The translations under genes were made by a program, and so were the position numbers. The notes under the pieces are model-generated. The model saw nothing but the letters and a program-made list of their open reading frames with translations, was not told where the DNA came from and ran no database searches. DNA of 64,000 nucleotides from Candidatus Eiseniibacteriota bacterium (GTDB lineage Bacteria > Eisenbacteria > RBG-16-71-46), in the NCBI GenBank assembly GCA_041483195.1, contig JBGPFC010000008.1, positions 32,001 to 96,000 on the forward strand, given 5' to 3'. Each line of letters begins with the position of its first letter. Position 1 is the first letter of the stretch. Shown in pieces: positions 1 through 9,677 of the stretch.

Positions 1-2
1 CC

Positions 3-557
3 TATTGCGATCTCTCGCTCGACCCCTCCTATCGTGCTCGCTCGTTCCTCGAGTTCGACCGCGAGAAGGAGCGTACGCTGGAGTTCCACTCGTTCTCCAA
101 GTCCTACTCCATGCAGGGATGGCGGGTGGGCTTCGCGGCCGGGAACCCGGACGCCGTCGCGCACCTGCTGAAGATCAAGTCGAACATGGATTTCGGCGTG
201 TTCATGGGGATTCAACGCGCGGCGCTCGCCGTTCTGACCGGGCCGCAGGATTACTGCGCCCGCGTCGCGGACACCTATCGGTCGCGGCGGGACGCATTCG
301 TCTCGGCCATCCAGCCGCTCGGATATCCGCTGATCCCGCCGCGCGCGACGCTCTACGTCTGGCTGCCGATCCCGCGTCGCTACGCATCGTCGATGGAGTT
401 CACGCGCGACCTGCTCGACAAGACCGGGGTGGTGGTGTCGCCCGGCTCGGGTTTCGGAAAGGCGGGCGAAGGCTTCGTGCGGGTCGCGCTGTGCGTCGGC
501 GAAGATCGCCTGCGAGCGGCCGGCGATCGCATGCGGCAGGCCGGCCTCACCTACTGA
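3..557 (+). CDS. PLP-dependent class I/II aminotransferase (LL-DAP aminotransferase-like), 5'-truncated by window edge
   Basis: Frame open from position 3: YCDLSLDP...EFHSFSKSYSMQGWRVG (PLP-lysine motif); C-terminal PGSGFG..GEGFVR. Confidence 0.85.
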   Translation, partial: YCDLSLDPSYRARSFLEFDREKERTLEFHSFSKSYSMQGWRVGFAAGNPDAVAHLLKIKSNMDFGVFMGIQRAALAVLTGPQDYCARVADTYRSRRDAFVSAIQPLGYPLIPPRATLYVWLPIPRRYASSMEFTRDLLDKTGVVVSPGSGFGKAGEGFVRVALCVGEDRLRAAGDRMRQAGLTY

Positions 558-596
558 GCGAACAGCCCGGCGCACGGTCTCAACCGGGGCCGCGCG

Positions 597-3431
597 TCAG
601 CGCAGCAGCTTCGACTCGGGCGGCTCGCCTCCCCGCACCCGCGCCCAGAGCTGCGAGAGCATGGAATCGAGCCAGGCCGGGTGCTCGCCGGCGAGATTGC
701 GGCGCTCGCGATCATCGGTGTTCAAGTCGTAGGCCTCGAGCGTCTGAGCCCCGATGCGGAGGATGAGCTTGTGGCCGGCGATCGGATCCACGATCGACGC
801 CTGGCCCAGCTCGGGCCGGATCTCGGTCGCGTAGCGATGCGAGTACCCGCGCTGTGGAAGGAAGCTGTAGAAGTTCCGCGGCGCGAGCCGCGCCGCCGGG
901 TCCCGCAGCTGAGCCCATAGCGAGCGTCCCGCGCTCGGGCCCGCGCTCACCCCCGCCGCCTCGAGCAGCGTGGGATACAGGTCCTGCATCGCGACGATGC
1001 CGTGCCGCATGCCCGGCACGACACCCGGCCCGCTCACCCACAGCGGAACCCGGATCGCCGGCTCGTAGAGCGCGATGTTGTGATGATAGTGGCCGTGCCC
1101 GCCGAATTCCTCGCCGTGATCCGCGCTCACCACCACGAGCGTCCGGCTTGCGAGGCCGTTGCGGCGCAGCCCGTCGAGCAGCTCTCCCACGATGCGATCC
1201 GCCTGCGCCAGACCCGAAGCGTAGACTTCGAGATGGCTCCTGCGCAGATACGCGCGCGGCGAAAACGGGCTGAGCACGTTCGCGTGCATGTCCATGACGT
1301 GGATCCACGCGAAGCCGGGCGACCCCGGCGGAAGCGCGGCAAGAAACTCGGCCTCCGAGTCCGCCATCGCGAGGCCCTGGTCCACGCGCACGCCCTGCAC
1401 GCGCGGCCATCCCCACGGCGAGCCACCCAGGTCGGGATCGCTCATCATCGCCCGCAGTGCGTACCCCGCCCGCCCGAGCCGGTCGGGCAGGTAGCGCCAC
1501 CTGGGAACCCCGAGCAGGATCCCGGGCAGATCCTCCCCCGCGAACAGGCTCCCGAACGTGTCCTCGGTGCCGGCCGACGGCGTGTACGCCGCTTCGAAGA
1601 TGGCCGAGCGTGCCGCGAGCGAATCCAGCACCGGCGTCGGAGGCTGCAGCGATCCGAGCGGGGAATCCCGCAGGTCGGCCGGAGGGACCACGTCGGCCCG
1701 GCAGGCGTCGAGGGTGACCAGCAGGATGTGGGGGCGCCCGCCCGGGTGCGCGGCCGCCTCGAGCACCATGGGATCGGGCGATGCGGCGCCCGGATCCCGC
1801 CCCGCGTCGGCGAATATTCGGGGGCGCTTCGGATCCAGGATCGGCGGGGGCACCCTGGGATCGAACGGCCGCGGATCCCACCCGCCCACCAGCGCCGCCG
1901 GCGAACTCCCGTCGCGGTCCCAGTCGAGCAACGCGGCGACGGCGTCGACGATTCGCCCCGACGTCGAGGTCCGCGTCTTCATGAGCACCTCGAGCGCGGG
2001 ATCATGGCGCATGGCGTGATCGCACCATGGGAGCAGCGCGGCCAGCAGCAGGATGAGCGCGGCGAGTGCGCGGCGGCGAGGCGCCGGGTAGAGCGAGATC
2101 AGCGCGAGCCCGAGCCCCCCGACGATGGAATCGAGAATCACGTGCACCCCGTAGCTCGAATGGGGCGCGAAGGTCGCGTCCATGATGGACGCGAACAGCA
2201 TGCCGCCGAACAGCGGGACGGCGTGCCTCCGCGGCGCGCGCCGGGAATCGGGCCGGCCGCGCGCCGCGAGCCACGATCCCGCGAGCGCGCCAGCGACGGC
2301 CGCCGCTCCGGCCAGCCAGCGACCGCGCGCGATGAGCCAGTCGAAGCGTACCGTGAGCGTGAGCGCAAACAGGATCCACCCGGCGCCCGCGCCGCCCGCG
2401 AGCGCACCCCACAGTGCGCCGGCCGGGCGCGGCGCGAGGCGCAGCGCGGCGTTGGCCGTTCGCACCAAGGCGATCACGGTGGCGACCGCGAGTCCGAGCA
2501 GCACGCCCCCCAGCAGCAGCCACCCCATGATCAACAACGTGAAGCCGAGCCGCTCGCCTGACGAAGGCGCGAAATCGCGCAGCGCGAAGGTGCGCTGCGG
2601 TGCCGTGACCAAGCCCAGCACGAGACCGGTCGCGAGGCCGCGTCCCACCCAGTCCGCCGCTCCGGTCACGGCCGGCGCGGCGTGCGAGCCGTTCGCGCCG
2701 ACCGGCCGCGGCGAGGGCGCTGCGCCCTTCCTCGCGACCACGACGTAGAACCCCGCCCACCCGGCGAGCGGCGTGTGGCACAGCGCGCGCTCGAGCCCCC
2801 GCACCAGCGCGCCGATCAGCGGAATGCTGTGCACGAACGGATGCGGGGTGAGCAGCACGATGCCGCACGCTCCCTGTACGTCGAGATGGGCCGCGACCCG
2901 GCGGCGGGCCGCTTCGGGCGTGTGATAGGCGGTGTACACCTCGCGATCGTGCGAGGAGCGCCCGACGGCCGCGTTCCACCAGCGAATGCGCTTCCAGATC
3001 CCGCGCAGGCTGCGCGGATTGTAGAACTCGAGCAGCGCGATGCCGCCGTCGTCGAGCACGCGTGCGATTTCCGCGAGGCCGCGGTCGAGGTCCTGGACAT
3101 GCGGCAACACCTTGAACGAGCAGACCAGGTCGAAGCTGCGGTCCGGGTGCGGGATCGCGAGCACCGATCCCTGGCTCACCATCTGTCCGCGCTCGACCGC
3201 GCGACGCAGCATGCCACGCGAGAGATCCAGCCCGATCGCGACCGGCGCGAAGCGCCGCATGCGCGTCAGCACCAGGCCGGTGCCGCACCCCACCTCGAGG
3301 AGCTTCGAGCCACGCCACCACCGCCGAACGCATCCCGCCTCGAGGTCGTCGATGTGAGCGTGGTAGCCGGCGCGCCGGGCGTCGTCGTACGTGTGGCTGA
3401 AGTCGTCGTAATAGCTCTGGACGTCCTTCAC
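597..3431 (-). CDS. Fusion: class I SAM methyltransferase + multi-TM region + sulfatase/alkaline-phosphatase-superfamily domain
   Basis: LLEVGCGTG SAM motif at N-terminus; hydrophobic helices in the middle; ILLVTLDACRAD and VVSADHGEEF..HG motifs at C-terminus. Confidence 0.8.
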   Translation of the reverse strand: MKDVQSYYDDFSHTYDDARRAGYHAHIDDLEAGCVRRWWRGSKLLEVGCGTGLVLTRMRRFAPVAIGLDLSRGMLRRAVERGQMVSQGSVLAIPHPDRSFDLVCSFKVLPHVQDLDRGLAEIARVLDDGGIALLEFYNPRSLRGIWKRIRWWNAAVGRSSHDREVYTAYHTPEAARRRVAAHLDVQGACGIVLLTPHPFVHSIPLIGALVRGLERALCHTPLAGWAGFYVVVARKGAAPSPRPVGANGSHAAPAVTGAADWVGRGLATGLVLGLVTAPQRTFALRDFAPSSGERLGFTLLIMGWLLLGGVLLGLAVATVIALVRTANAALRLAPRPAGALWGALAGGAGAGWILFALTLTVRFDWLIARGRWLAGAAAVAGALAGSWLAARGRPDSRRAPRRHAVPLFGGMLFASIMDATFAPHSSYGVHVILDSIVGGLGLALISLYPAPRRRALAALILLLAALLPWCDHAMRHDPALEVLMKTRTSTSGRIVDAVAALLDWDRDGSSPAALVGGWDPRPFDPRVPPPILDPKRPRIFADAGRDPGAASPDPMVLEAAAHPGGRPHILLVTLDACRADVVPPADLRDSPLGSLQPPTPVLDSLAARSAIFEAAYTPSAGTEDTFGSLFAGEDLPGILLGVPRWRYLPDRLGRAGYALRAMMSDPDLGGSPWGWPRVQGVRVDQGLAMADSEAEFLAALPPGSPGFAWIHVMDMHANVLSPFSPRAYLRRSHLEVYASGLAQADRIVGELLDGLRRNGLASRTLVVVSADHGEEFGGHGHYHHNIALYEPAIRVPLWVSGPGVVPGMRHGIVAMQDLYPTLLEAAGVSAGPSAGRSLWAQLRDPAARLAPRNFYSFLPQRGYSHRYATEIRPELGQASIVDPIAGHKLILRIGAQTLEAYDLNTDDRERRNLAGEHPAWLDSMLSQLWARVRGGEPPESKLLR

Positions 3432-4540
3432 CGTGGGGGACCTTCCGGGTGGAGTTCGGACTCGAGCTCATCGTACAGGCTCTCGTACGCGGAGGCGGCG
3501 TGCCCAGCAGTATAGCGCTCCATCAGCCGCGCGCGCCCGGCTGCGCCGCGCGCATCGCGCTCCGACGCCAGCCGCCGCGCCGCCGCGGCCCAGGCCGGCG
3601 CGTCGTCCGGGATCACGGCGTCGAGCCCGCCCACGAGCTCGATGAGCGGTTCGAGATCGCTCACCAGCACCGGCCGCGACTCGCACCAGGCCTCGAGCAG
3701 CACGAGCGGCACGTCGGTCTTGCCATAGAGGGAGCGCGCCGGAAACAACACTCCGGCCGACGCCGCGATCAGGCCGCGCATGTCGCTCACCGTGCCCAGC
3801 AGCCTCACCCGCGACTCGAGGCCCAGCGCACGCGCTCGCTCGCCGATACGGGCGCGCGCCGCGGCGGCGGAGGGCGTCTTGTCGCGCCCGGCCAGCACCA
3901 GCTGAGGAAGATCGGCCACGGCCGCCCAGGCCGCGAGCAACAGCTCGTGGCCGCCCGAGAATTCGTAGTCACCGGGGTACAGCAGAAAGCCCGGCGATAG
4001 CGCGGCCGCGCGGCATGCGGCGGATGCGCGCGCCGCGGAGGCCGGGACCAACTCCGCGATCCCCGGCGGAATCACCCGCGGCGCTGTCACGCACGCCGGC
4101 GCCAGGCGGCGCGCGGTCGCGGACGAGAGCGTCACGACGCGCCGCGCGAACACCAGGCGCCCCGCCTCATGATCCGCGCGCGGCGCGCTGAGCGCGGTCT
4201 GGATCGCGGGCCGCGCGCAGACGCGCGACAGCATGCGCGCCGCGGCGCTCGCGGCCGGATGGGGCTGGAAGAAGAAGTGAAGCGCATCCGCCTGGTTCCG
4301 CAGTGACCACACCCGCCGCATGAGATCGAGCTGGTCGAGCCGGCCGATTCGAAACCCGCCCTGCCCGCGGACCGCATCGTGCCTGACGACGTGCGGGGGC
4401 CAGTCGGCGCCCTCGCCGCCCCGCCCCATCACATGCAGCGTGTGACGGCCCGAAGCGGCGAGCGCGATGTCGCGCGGCACCAGCTTGCCGCTGTCGTTCC
4501 ACGGCGGCTCGAGTGGTTTCGTCACGAGCAGCACTCTCAC
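3428..4540 (-). CDS. GT4-family glycosyltransferase
   Basis: MRVLLVTKP start; DVPLVLLEAW..RPVLVSD GT-B motif; GTGA overlaps with both neighbours. Confidence 0.8.
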   Translation of the reverse strand: MRVLLVTKPLEPPWNDSGKLVPRDIALAASGRHTLHVMGRGGEGADWPPHVVRHDAVRGQGGFRIGRLDQLDLMRRVWSLRNQADALHFFFQPHPAASAAARMLSRVCARPAIQTALSAPRADHEAGRLVFARRVVTLSSATARRLAPACVTAPRVIPPGIAELVPASAARASAACRAAALSPGFLLYPGDYEFSGGHELLLAAWAAVADLPQLVLAGRDKTPSAAAARARIGERARALGLESRVRLLGTVSDMRGLIAASAGVLFPARSLYGKTDVPLVLLEAWCESRPVLVSDLEPLIELVGGLDAVIPDDAPAWAAAARRLASERDARGAAGRARLMERYTAGHAASAYESLYDELESELHPEGPPR

Positions 4541-5316
4541 GCCGGCTCACCCGCGTGCCCGGGACCCATCGCCAACTCGCGGCGCCGCGGCCGGGCGAGG
4601 ACTGCGGAGCGCCGCCGTCTCCACCCCAACCACAGGATGCGCGCGGCGATCGCGGCCGGATCTCGCCATGGCCGGATCCCCGACCTCTCGCTGCCGTAGA
4701 TCGCGCGCACCGGAACTTCGACAACGCGCAACCCGATCCGGTGCGCTTCGAGACGAACGAACGCCGGAAACCCGTAGCCAGCGGGGAGGCGGCGCGCATC
4801 GAGCCGCCGCATGCACGCCGCGGACGCGGCCGTGTAGCCGCACTGACTGTCGCCCACTTCGGCCCCCGCCGCCCAGCGCGTGCAGGCGGTGAGCACGCGA
4901 TTGCCGAGCCACCGGGACCACGGCATCCGGCCGCGGGGCCGCCTGCGCGCATCGAAGCGGCAACCCTGCACGTAGTCGGCGGCTCCCCGCGATACCGGAG
5001 CGACGACGCGCGGCATCTCGGCCAGGTCCATCTGCGCGTCGGCGGCGACCACCACGGCGACCCGGGCGCCCGCATCGAGCGCGCGGCGGTAGCCGAGCAG
5101 GATCGCGCCCCCGACGCCGAGCGGACGCTTCGACCGGACGCACTCGCCGCGCGGATCGCCCCACTCGTGCATCACGTCCGATGTGCCATCGCGGCTCGCG
5201 TCGTCCACCAGGATCACCCGCCACGCCGCGTCCGGCACGTTCGCCAGCACGGCCGGCAGGAGCGCGGCCTCGTCGCGGGCGGGAATCACGATCGCGACCC
5301 GGTCCGATCGTCTCAT
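4537..5316 (-). CDS. GT2-family glycosyltransferase (DPM synthase-like)
   Basis: IVIPARDE, ILVDDASRDGT, DSQCGY motifs; ATG at 5316 overlaps the upstream stop (ATGA). Confidence 0.85.
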   Translation of the reverse strand: MRRSDRVAIVIPARDEAALLPAVLANVPDAAWRVILVDDASRDGTSDVMHEWGDPRGECVRSKRPLGVGGAILLGYRRALDAGARVAVVVAADAQMDLAEMPRVVAPVSRGAADYVQGCRFDARRRPRGRMPWSRWLGNRVLTACTRWAAGAEVGDSQCGYTAASAACMRRLDARRLPAGYGFPAFVRLEAHRIGLRVVEVPVRAIYGSERSGIRPWRDPAAIAARILWLGWRRRRSAVLARPRRRELAMGPGHAGEPA

Positions 5317-6524
5317 CGCGCGCCGGATCCCGCCGGAATCAGCTGCTCGCTCCAGCGCGCCACGGCGGAGCCGGCCCGGAATTCGAGCCCGGCCGCGCGG
5401 GCCTTCAGGCTGAGCGCCTCGCGCAGCGCGGGCTCCGAGGCGAATCGCAGAAGCGCACCGGCCAGACCGCGCACCCGCTCCGCATCGCAGCGCCCCGGAT
5501 CGAACGCGAGGCCGGCCCCGGAGCGCGCGAGCCACGCACCGAGCGCTCCTTCATCCGGCGCGATGACCGGCCGGCCGCACGCCAGGGCTTCCATCGCAGC
5601 GTGCGGAAATCCCTCGGTGCGTCCGTCCGCCATCCGTCGCGACGGGATCACGAGCGCGTCCGCCCGCGCGAAGGCCCGGGCCTTGTCGCCGGAATCGAGC
5701 ACGCCGGGAAAACGCGTGGGATGAGCGAGGCATGCCGCGCGCGCGCGCAATCCGGGCTCGAGACTGCCGCTTCCAGCGAGCGCGATCTCGCGCACCCGGC
5801 CGCTGGCGATCCGGGCACATGCCTCGAGCAGCAGGTCGGGGCCCTTGACCGGCTCGAACCGTCCGAGGAACAGCAGGCGCGGCGACGAATCCGGGGAGCC
5901 GGGCCGCTCCCCGATGCATGGCGCGACGGCCACCGGGAGCGGACAGACACCCACCTCCCGTCCTCCGAGCGCGGCCGACACACGATGCGCCGTGTGCGCG
6001 GCGGGCGCGACGATTCGCGTGTCCGCCCACGCCGCGCGGAGCAGCTGCCGAATTCCGGGGAGCCGCACCAGGCGCTCGAGCAGATGAACGTCGGCGCCGT
6101 GCGCGGTCGCGAGATGCGGGACGCGGCGGGACCCCGCGATTCGGGCGCCGATCAACCCGGATGGAAACAGCCAGTGGCTCCAGATCAGGTCGACGCTCCG
6201 AGTCGCGAGCGTGGCGCGCGCGCGCGCATCCAGCGCCGCGGTCAGTGACGGCGCGAGCATCCACTTCCATGGCTCGCTCGCGAGGGTCTCGGGGATCCCC
6301 CGCAGGTGAGCGAGTCCTCCGCTCCAATGGTCGCCCCAGTGCCGCGCCTCGCTCACGCGAATGCCGGCGTCGTGCAATCCTCCCCCGCGACCTGCGGCCC
6401 GGGGCGTCACGACCTCGAATCGCCAGCCGCTCGGACGCAACGCGAGCAGCAGGTCGCGCACGAACGATCCGCTCACGCTCCCCGCGCGCACCGGGTACGA
6501 GGTGGTCAGCACGAGCGCTCTCAC
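5313..6524 (-). CDS. GT4-family glycosyltransferase
   Basis: VLTTSYP, WSHWLFPSG, TAHGADV, GRFEPVKG, EGFPHAAMEALACGRPV; GTG start overlaps flippase stop. Confidence 0.88.
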   Translation of the reverse strand: MRALVLTTSYPVRAGSVSGSFVRDLLLALRPSGWRFEVVTPRAAGRGGGLHDAGIRVSEARHWGDHWSGGLAHLRGIPETLASEPWKWMLAPSLTAALDARARATLATRSVDLIWSHWLFPSGLIGARIAGSRRVPHLATAHGADVHLLERLVRLPGIRQLLRAAWADTRIVAPAAHTAHRVSAALGGREVGVCPLPVAVAPCIGERPGSPDSSPRLLFLGRFEPVKGPDLLLEACARIASGRVREIALAGSGSLEPGLRARAACLAHPTRFPGVLDSGDKARAFARADALVIPSRRMADGRTEGFPHAAMEALACGRPVIAPDEGALGAWLARSGAGLAFDPGRCDAERVRGLAGALLRFASEPALREALSLKARAAGLEFRAGSAVARWSEQLIPAGSGAR

Positions 6525-8029
6525 GCGGCGAGCGGTCTCCGCTTCCGCATCAGGCGCGACAGCGGGATCTCGCCGGCCGCCGCGAGCGCGGCGGCCGCCG
6601 CGAGCGCGAGCACCGCGCACTTCAAAGCGACCATGAGGCCGGTGGCCGGCCAGCGGCGCGCGAGCAGGAACAACCCAGCACCGAGCAGCAGTCCGCGCGC
6701 GGCGCTTGCCCATGGAATCACGTTTCCGAATTTCCGCCCGGCCAGCACCAGCCCCGCGATCAGCGCCGCCCCCATTCCGATCAGATCGCCCATCGCGGCC
6801 CCCGAGATTCCGGATCGCGGGAAGAGCAGCAGGCAGCCCGTGATCTGCGCGGCCAGCCCCACCGCCAGCACGCCCACCCCCGCGCGCGGATCGCCCGCCC
6901 CCGCAAGCGCCGTGGCCAGCACGTACGCGCAGGTCCACAGCGCATAGGCCGGGCCGAGGAACCGGAGCAGCGTTCCGCCTTCGAGGTAGGCCCGGCCATA
7001 GAGCAGGCCGATGAGCTCCGGGCCCATCGCGGCGAGCAGCGCCGCGCCCGGGAGCACGACCACCACGAGATAGCGGAGCGCCCCGCGCACCATCCCGCGC
7101 GCGGCCGCCGGATCGGGGCGGCGTCCGAGGTGCGACAGGCTGGGGAACAGCACCAGCGCGAGTGGGATGAGCAGCTGATAGAGCAATTGCGAAAGCGTGA
7201 GCGCGGCGCGGTAGATCCCGGCCGCCGCATTCGCCAGGGCTGGGTCGCTCAAACGCTTGACCGCCCACAGATCCACGGTGAGCACCAGGTTCGCCACGAG
7301 CGTGAGCAGCAGCAGCCAGCCGCCGAATCGCAGCAGCTCGCGCGTTTCGAACGGGCCATCGGGGCGCGGCGCGCGATGCACCAGCCACATCGAGAGCCCG
7401 AGGATGAAGCACGCAGCGGTCGCGAAGCCGCCCACCGCCCCGACGACCCCGAGCCCCAACGCCACGGCGCCGAGCGTGAGCGTGACGCGCAGCGTCGAGT
7501 AGAGGCAGTCCAGCCCGGCCTGCACGGTGAAGCGCCGCAGCCCGTTGAAGAACCCCACGTTTACCGCGTAGAGCGCGTACGCCGGCACCACCAGCGCCAC
7601 GACGCGCAGCGGGGTCACCAGCGACGGATCGCGGAGCAACCGGCCGATGGTTCCGCTCGCGGCCTCAAGCGCGATGAAGAGCCCGAGGCCGATCGCGGCC
7701 TGCACGCGGAGTCCGGCGCGCAGCACCGAGCCCGCGCGATCCGGATCGCGGGCGGTGAAGCGCGAGACCGCCTGGAGATTCGCGGCGATCAGGACGTTGT
7801 TGAGCACCGACACGATGGAGGTGACCACCGCGTAGAGCCCGAAGTCGCGCGGCCCGAGCAGCCGCGTCAGGCCCAGGTAGAGTGCGTAGCCCGCGACCAC
7901 GAACCACATCTTCGCGAAATTGATGATGAGGACGCCGCGCGTCATCCCGGTTGCGAGGGTTGGAGCGCCAGAATCCCCGGCGGGGGACGGGTCGTCACGG
8001 GGTTCACCGGCTGCGTCGGGGCGCGCCAT
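6521..8029 (-). CDS. Polysaccharide/O-antigen flippase (Wzx, MOP superfamily); alternative start 7945
   Basis: Hydrophobic multi-TM protein with LTRLLGPRDFGLY motif; first gene of glycosyltransferase operon. Confidence 0.85.
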   Translation of the reverse strand: MARPDAAGEPRDDPSPAGDSGAPTLATGMTRGVLIINFAKMWFVVAGYALYLGLTRLLGPRDFGLYAVVTSIVSVLNNVLIAANLQAVSRFTARDPDRAGSVLRAGLRVQAAIGLGLFIALEAASGTIGRLLRDPSLVTPLRVVALVVPAYALYAVNVGFFNGLRRFTVQAGLDCLYSTLRVTLTLGAVALGLGVVGAVGGFATAACFILGLSMWLVHRAPRPDGPFETRELLRFGGWLLLLTLVANLVLTVDLWAVKRLSDPALANAAAGIYRAALTLSQLLYQLLIPLALVLFPSLSHLGRRPDPAAARGMVRGALRYLVVVVLPGAALLAAMGPELIGLLYGRAYLEGGTLLRFLGPAYALWTCAYVLATALAGAGDPRAGVGVLAVGLAAQITGCLLLFPRSGISGAAMGDLIGMGAALIAGLVLAGRKFGNVIPWASAARGLLLGAGLFLLARRWPATGLMVALKCAVLALAAAAALAAAGEIPLSRLMRKRRPLAA

Positions 8030-8221
8030 GCGGCGTTACCTTTCGTCGTGGGATGGGGAGCCATCGCGGACGCACGATCGGGGGCGGACTCCGCCCCAGC
8101 CAGGCCCCGCGAGAGGCGGCGCGAGCAGCGCTCAGGTGCATTCCAACGAGCGCAATATTCTGACAGGTTTTCGGGGGGCCCGCGAACCGGGCGCGCCCGC
8201 CTCGCGCCGGGCCCGCGGGCC

Positions 8222-9505
8222 TCAGCTCGTGGATGCCGCCGGCCAGTCGCCCTCGCCGAGCGCCCCGCCGGGGGCGGGGCCGAGCGCGGCGAGGGTGAAT
8301 CGCGCGGGATCCAGGAATCGGCGAGCGGCCTCTCCCACCTGCTCGCGCGTGACGGCGAGCACGCGTGCGACCTGCTCCTCGGGGGAGGCGTAGCGCCCGC
8401 AGTAGAGTTCCTCGTGCGCGAGCTGATACATGCGGCTGGACACGCTCTCCTGTCCCATGATCACGCCGCCCTTGATCTGCGCGCGCGCCGCGTCGACTTC
8501 GGCCTCGGTGGGTCCGCTCTCGCAGAGCGCGAGCAGCTCCCGCCGCACCCGGGCCAGCGCCTCGCGCCCGCGCTCGGGGGAAACCCCGAGATGGATCGAG
8601 AGCATGCCCGAATCGCGGTGGAAATCGGCGGCGGAGTACACGGAGTACGCGAGCCCCGCGTCTTCCCGGACGCTCTGAAACAGCCGGGAGCTCATCCCTC
8701 CGCCGAGCAGCGTGTTCATCACGATCAGCGTGTAGCGGTCCTCGTCAGCGTAAGGCAGACCGCGCGTTCCCAGCGAGAGGTAGAGCTGCTGCAGATCGGC
8801 CCTCACCTCGTGCCGGGCCGCAGGAGCGAACGGCGGCGGCGGCGGCGAGAGCGGAAGCCGCTCGCCGTCGGGCGGGGCGAAGTGCCACTCGACCAGCTCG
8901 GAGACCCGCTCGTGGACGAGCGCCCCGGTCGCGACCACCAGCAGGTGATCGGACCGGTAGCGGTGCCGGAAATACTCTCGCAGCGCCTCGGGATCGAGCG
9001 CGTCGACGGTCTGCACCGTGCCCAGGATCGGGAGTCCGAGCGCGTGTCCGCCCCACACCTGCGAGACCAGCAGGTCGTTGATCTTGTCCTCCGGGCTGTC
9101 CTCGCAAGAGAAGATCTCCTCGCGTACCACCGACTTCTCGCGCTCGATCTCGGGGAGAGCGAACAGCGAGCGGCAGACGATGTCCGACAGGACATCGATG
9201 ACCTGCGGCAGGTGCTCGGTCAGCGCGCGCGCGAAGTAGCACACCTGCTCGCGCGCGGTGAAGGCATCGAGGTGACCGCCCAGCGATTCGAGGCTCTGCG
9301 CGATCGCGCGCGCATCGCGCCGCTCCGTGCCCTTGAACATCATGTGTTCGATGAAATGCGAGATGCCGAGCCGTTCCGGCGGCTCGTCGCGCGCGCCGTT
9401 GCGGACCCAGACGCCGAGGGCGACCGTGCGCCGGTCGGTCATGGTTTCCGTGATCAGCGTGATGCCCGAAGGGAGCAGCGACTTGCGATAGGTGCTCTGG
9501 CTCAT
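8222..9505 (-). CDS. M16 (pitrilysin) family zinc peptidase
   Basis: HFIEHMMFKGT (HxxEH), LGGGMSSRLFQSVRE; usual position after pnp; start MSQSTY. Confidence 0.93.
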   Translation of the reverse strand: MSQSTYRKSLLPSGITLITETMTDRRTVALGVWVRNGARDEPPERLGISHFIEHMMFKGTERRDARAIAQSLESLGGHLDAFTAREQVCYFARALTEHLPQVIDVLSDIVCRSLFALPEIEREKSVVREEIFSCEDSPEDKINDLLVSQVWGGHALGLPILGTVQTVDALDPEALREYFRHRYRSDHLLVVATGALVHERVSELVEWHFAPPDGERLPLSPPPPPFAPAARHEVRADLQQLYLSLGTRGLPYADEDRYTLIVMNTLLGGGMSSRLFQSVREDAGLAYSVYSAADFHRDSGMLSIHLGVSPERGREALARVRRELLALCESGPTEAEVDAARAQIKGGVIMGQESVSSRMYQLAHEELYCGRYASPEEQVARVLAVTREQVGEAARRFLDPARFTLAALGPAPGGALGEGDWPAASTS

Positions 9506-9677
9506 GGGCGATGGTCTTCGGGGAGGTGGGTCAGCCGCGGGGGTCCGTGAAGCCCGTCCGTCGCGTGCGCCTGGCACGCGCGGGTTGAAGCGGTGGAATC
9601 GCCGCGACCCGCAACGGCCGCGGTCGGCGGGGCCCGCCTGCGCGGGCTCCGCCCCACGATGGAAGGCCGGCGCGTGG

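Noticed and set aside
5918..9550. 1210-aa ORF on + strand
   Set aside because: Antisense to the GT4, flippase and M16 genes; Arg/Ala-rich with no motifs
9626..9653. GC hairpin after pnp as a terminator
   Set aside because: No U tract; may be a stabilising stem, so not called
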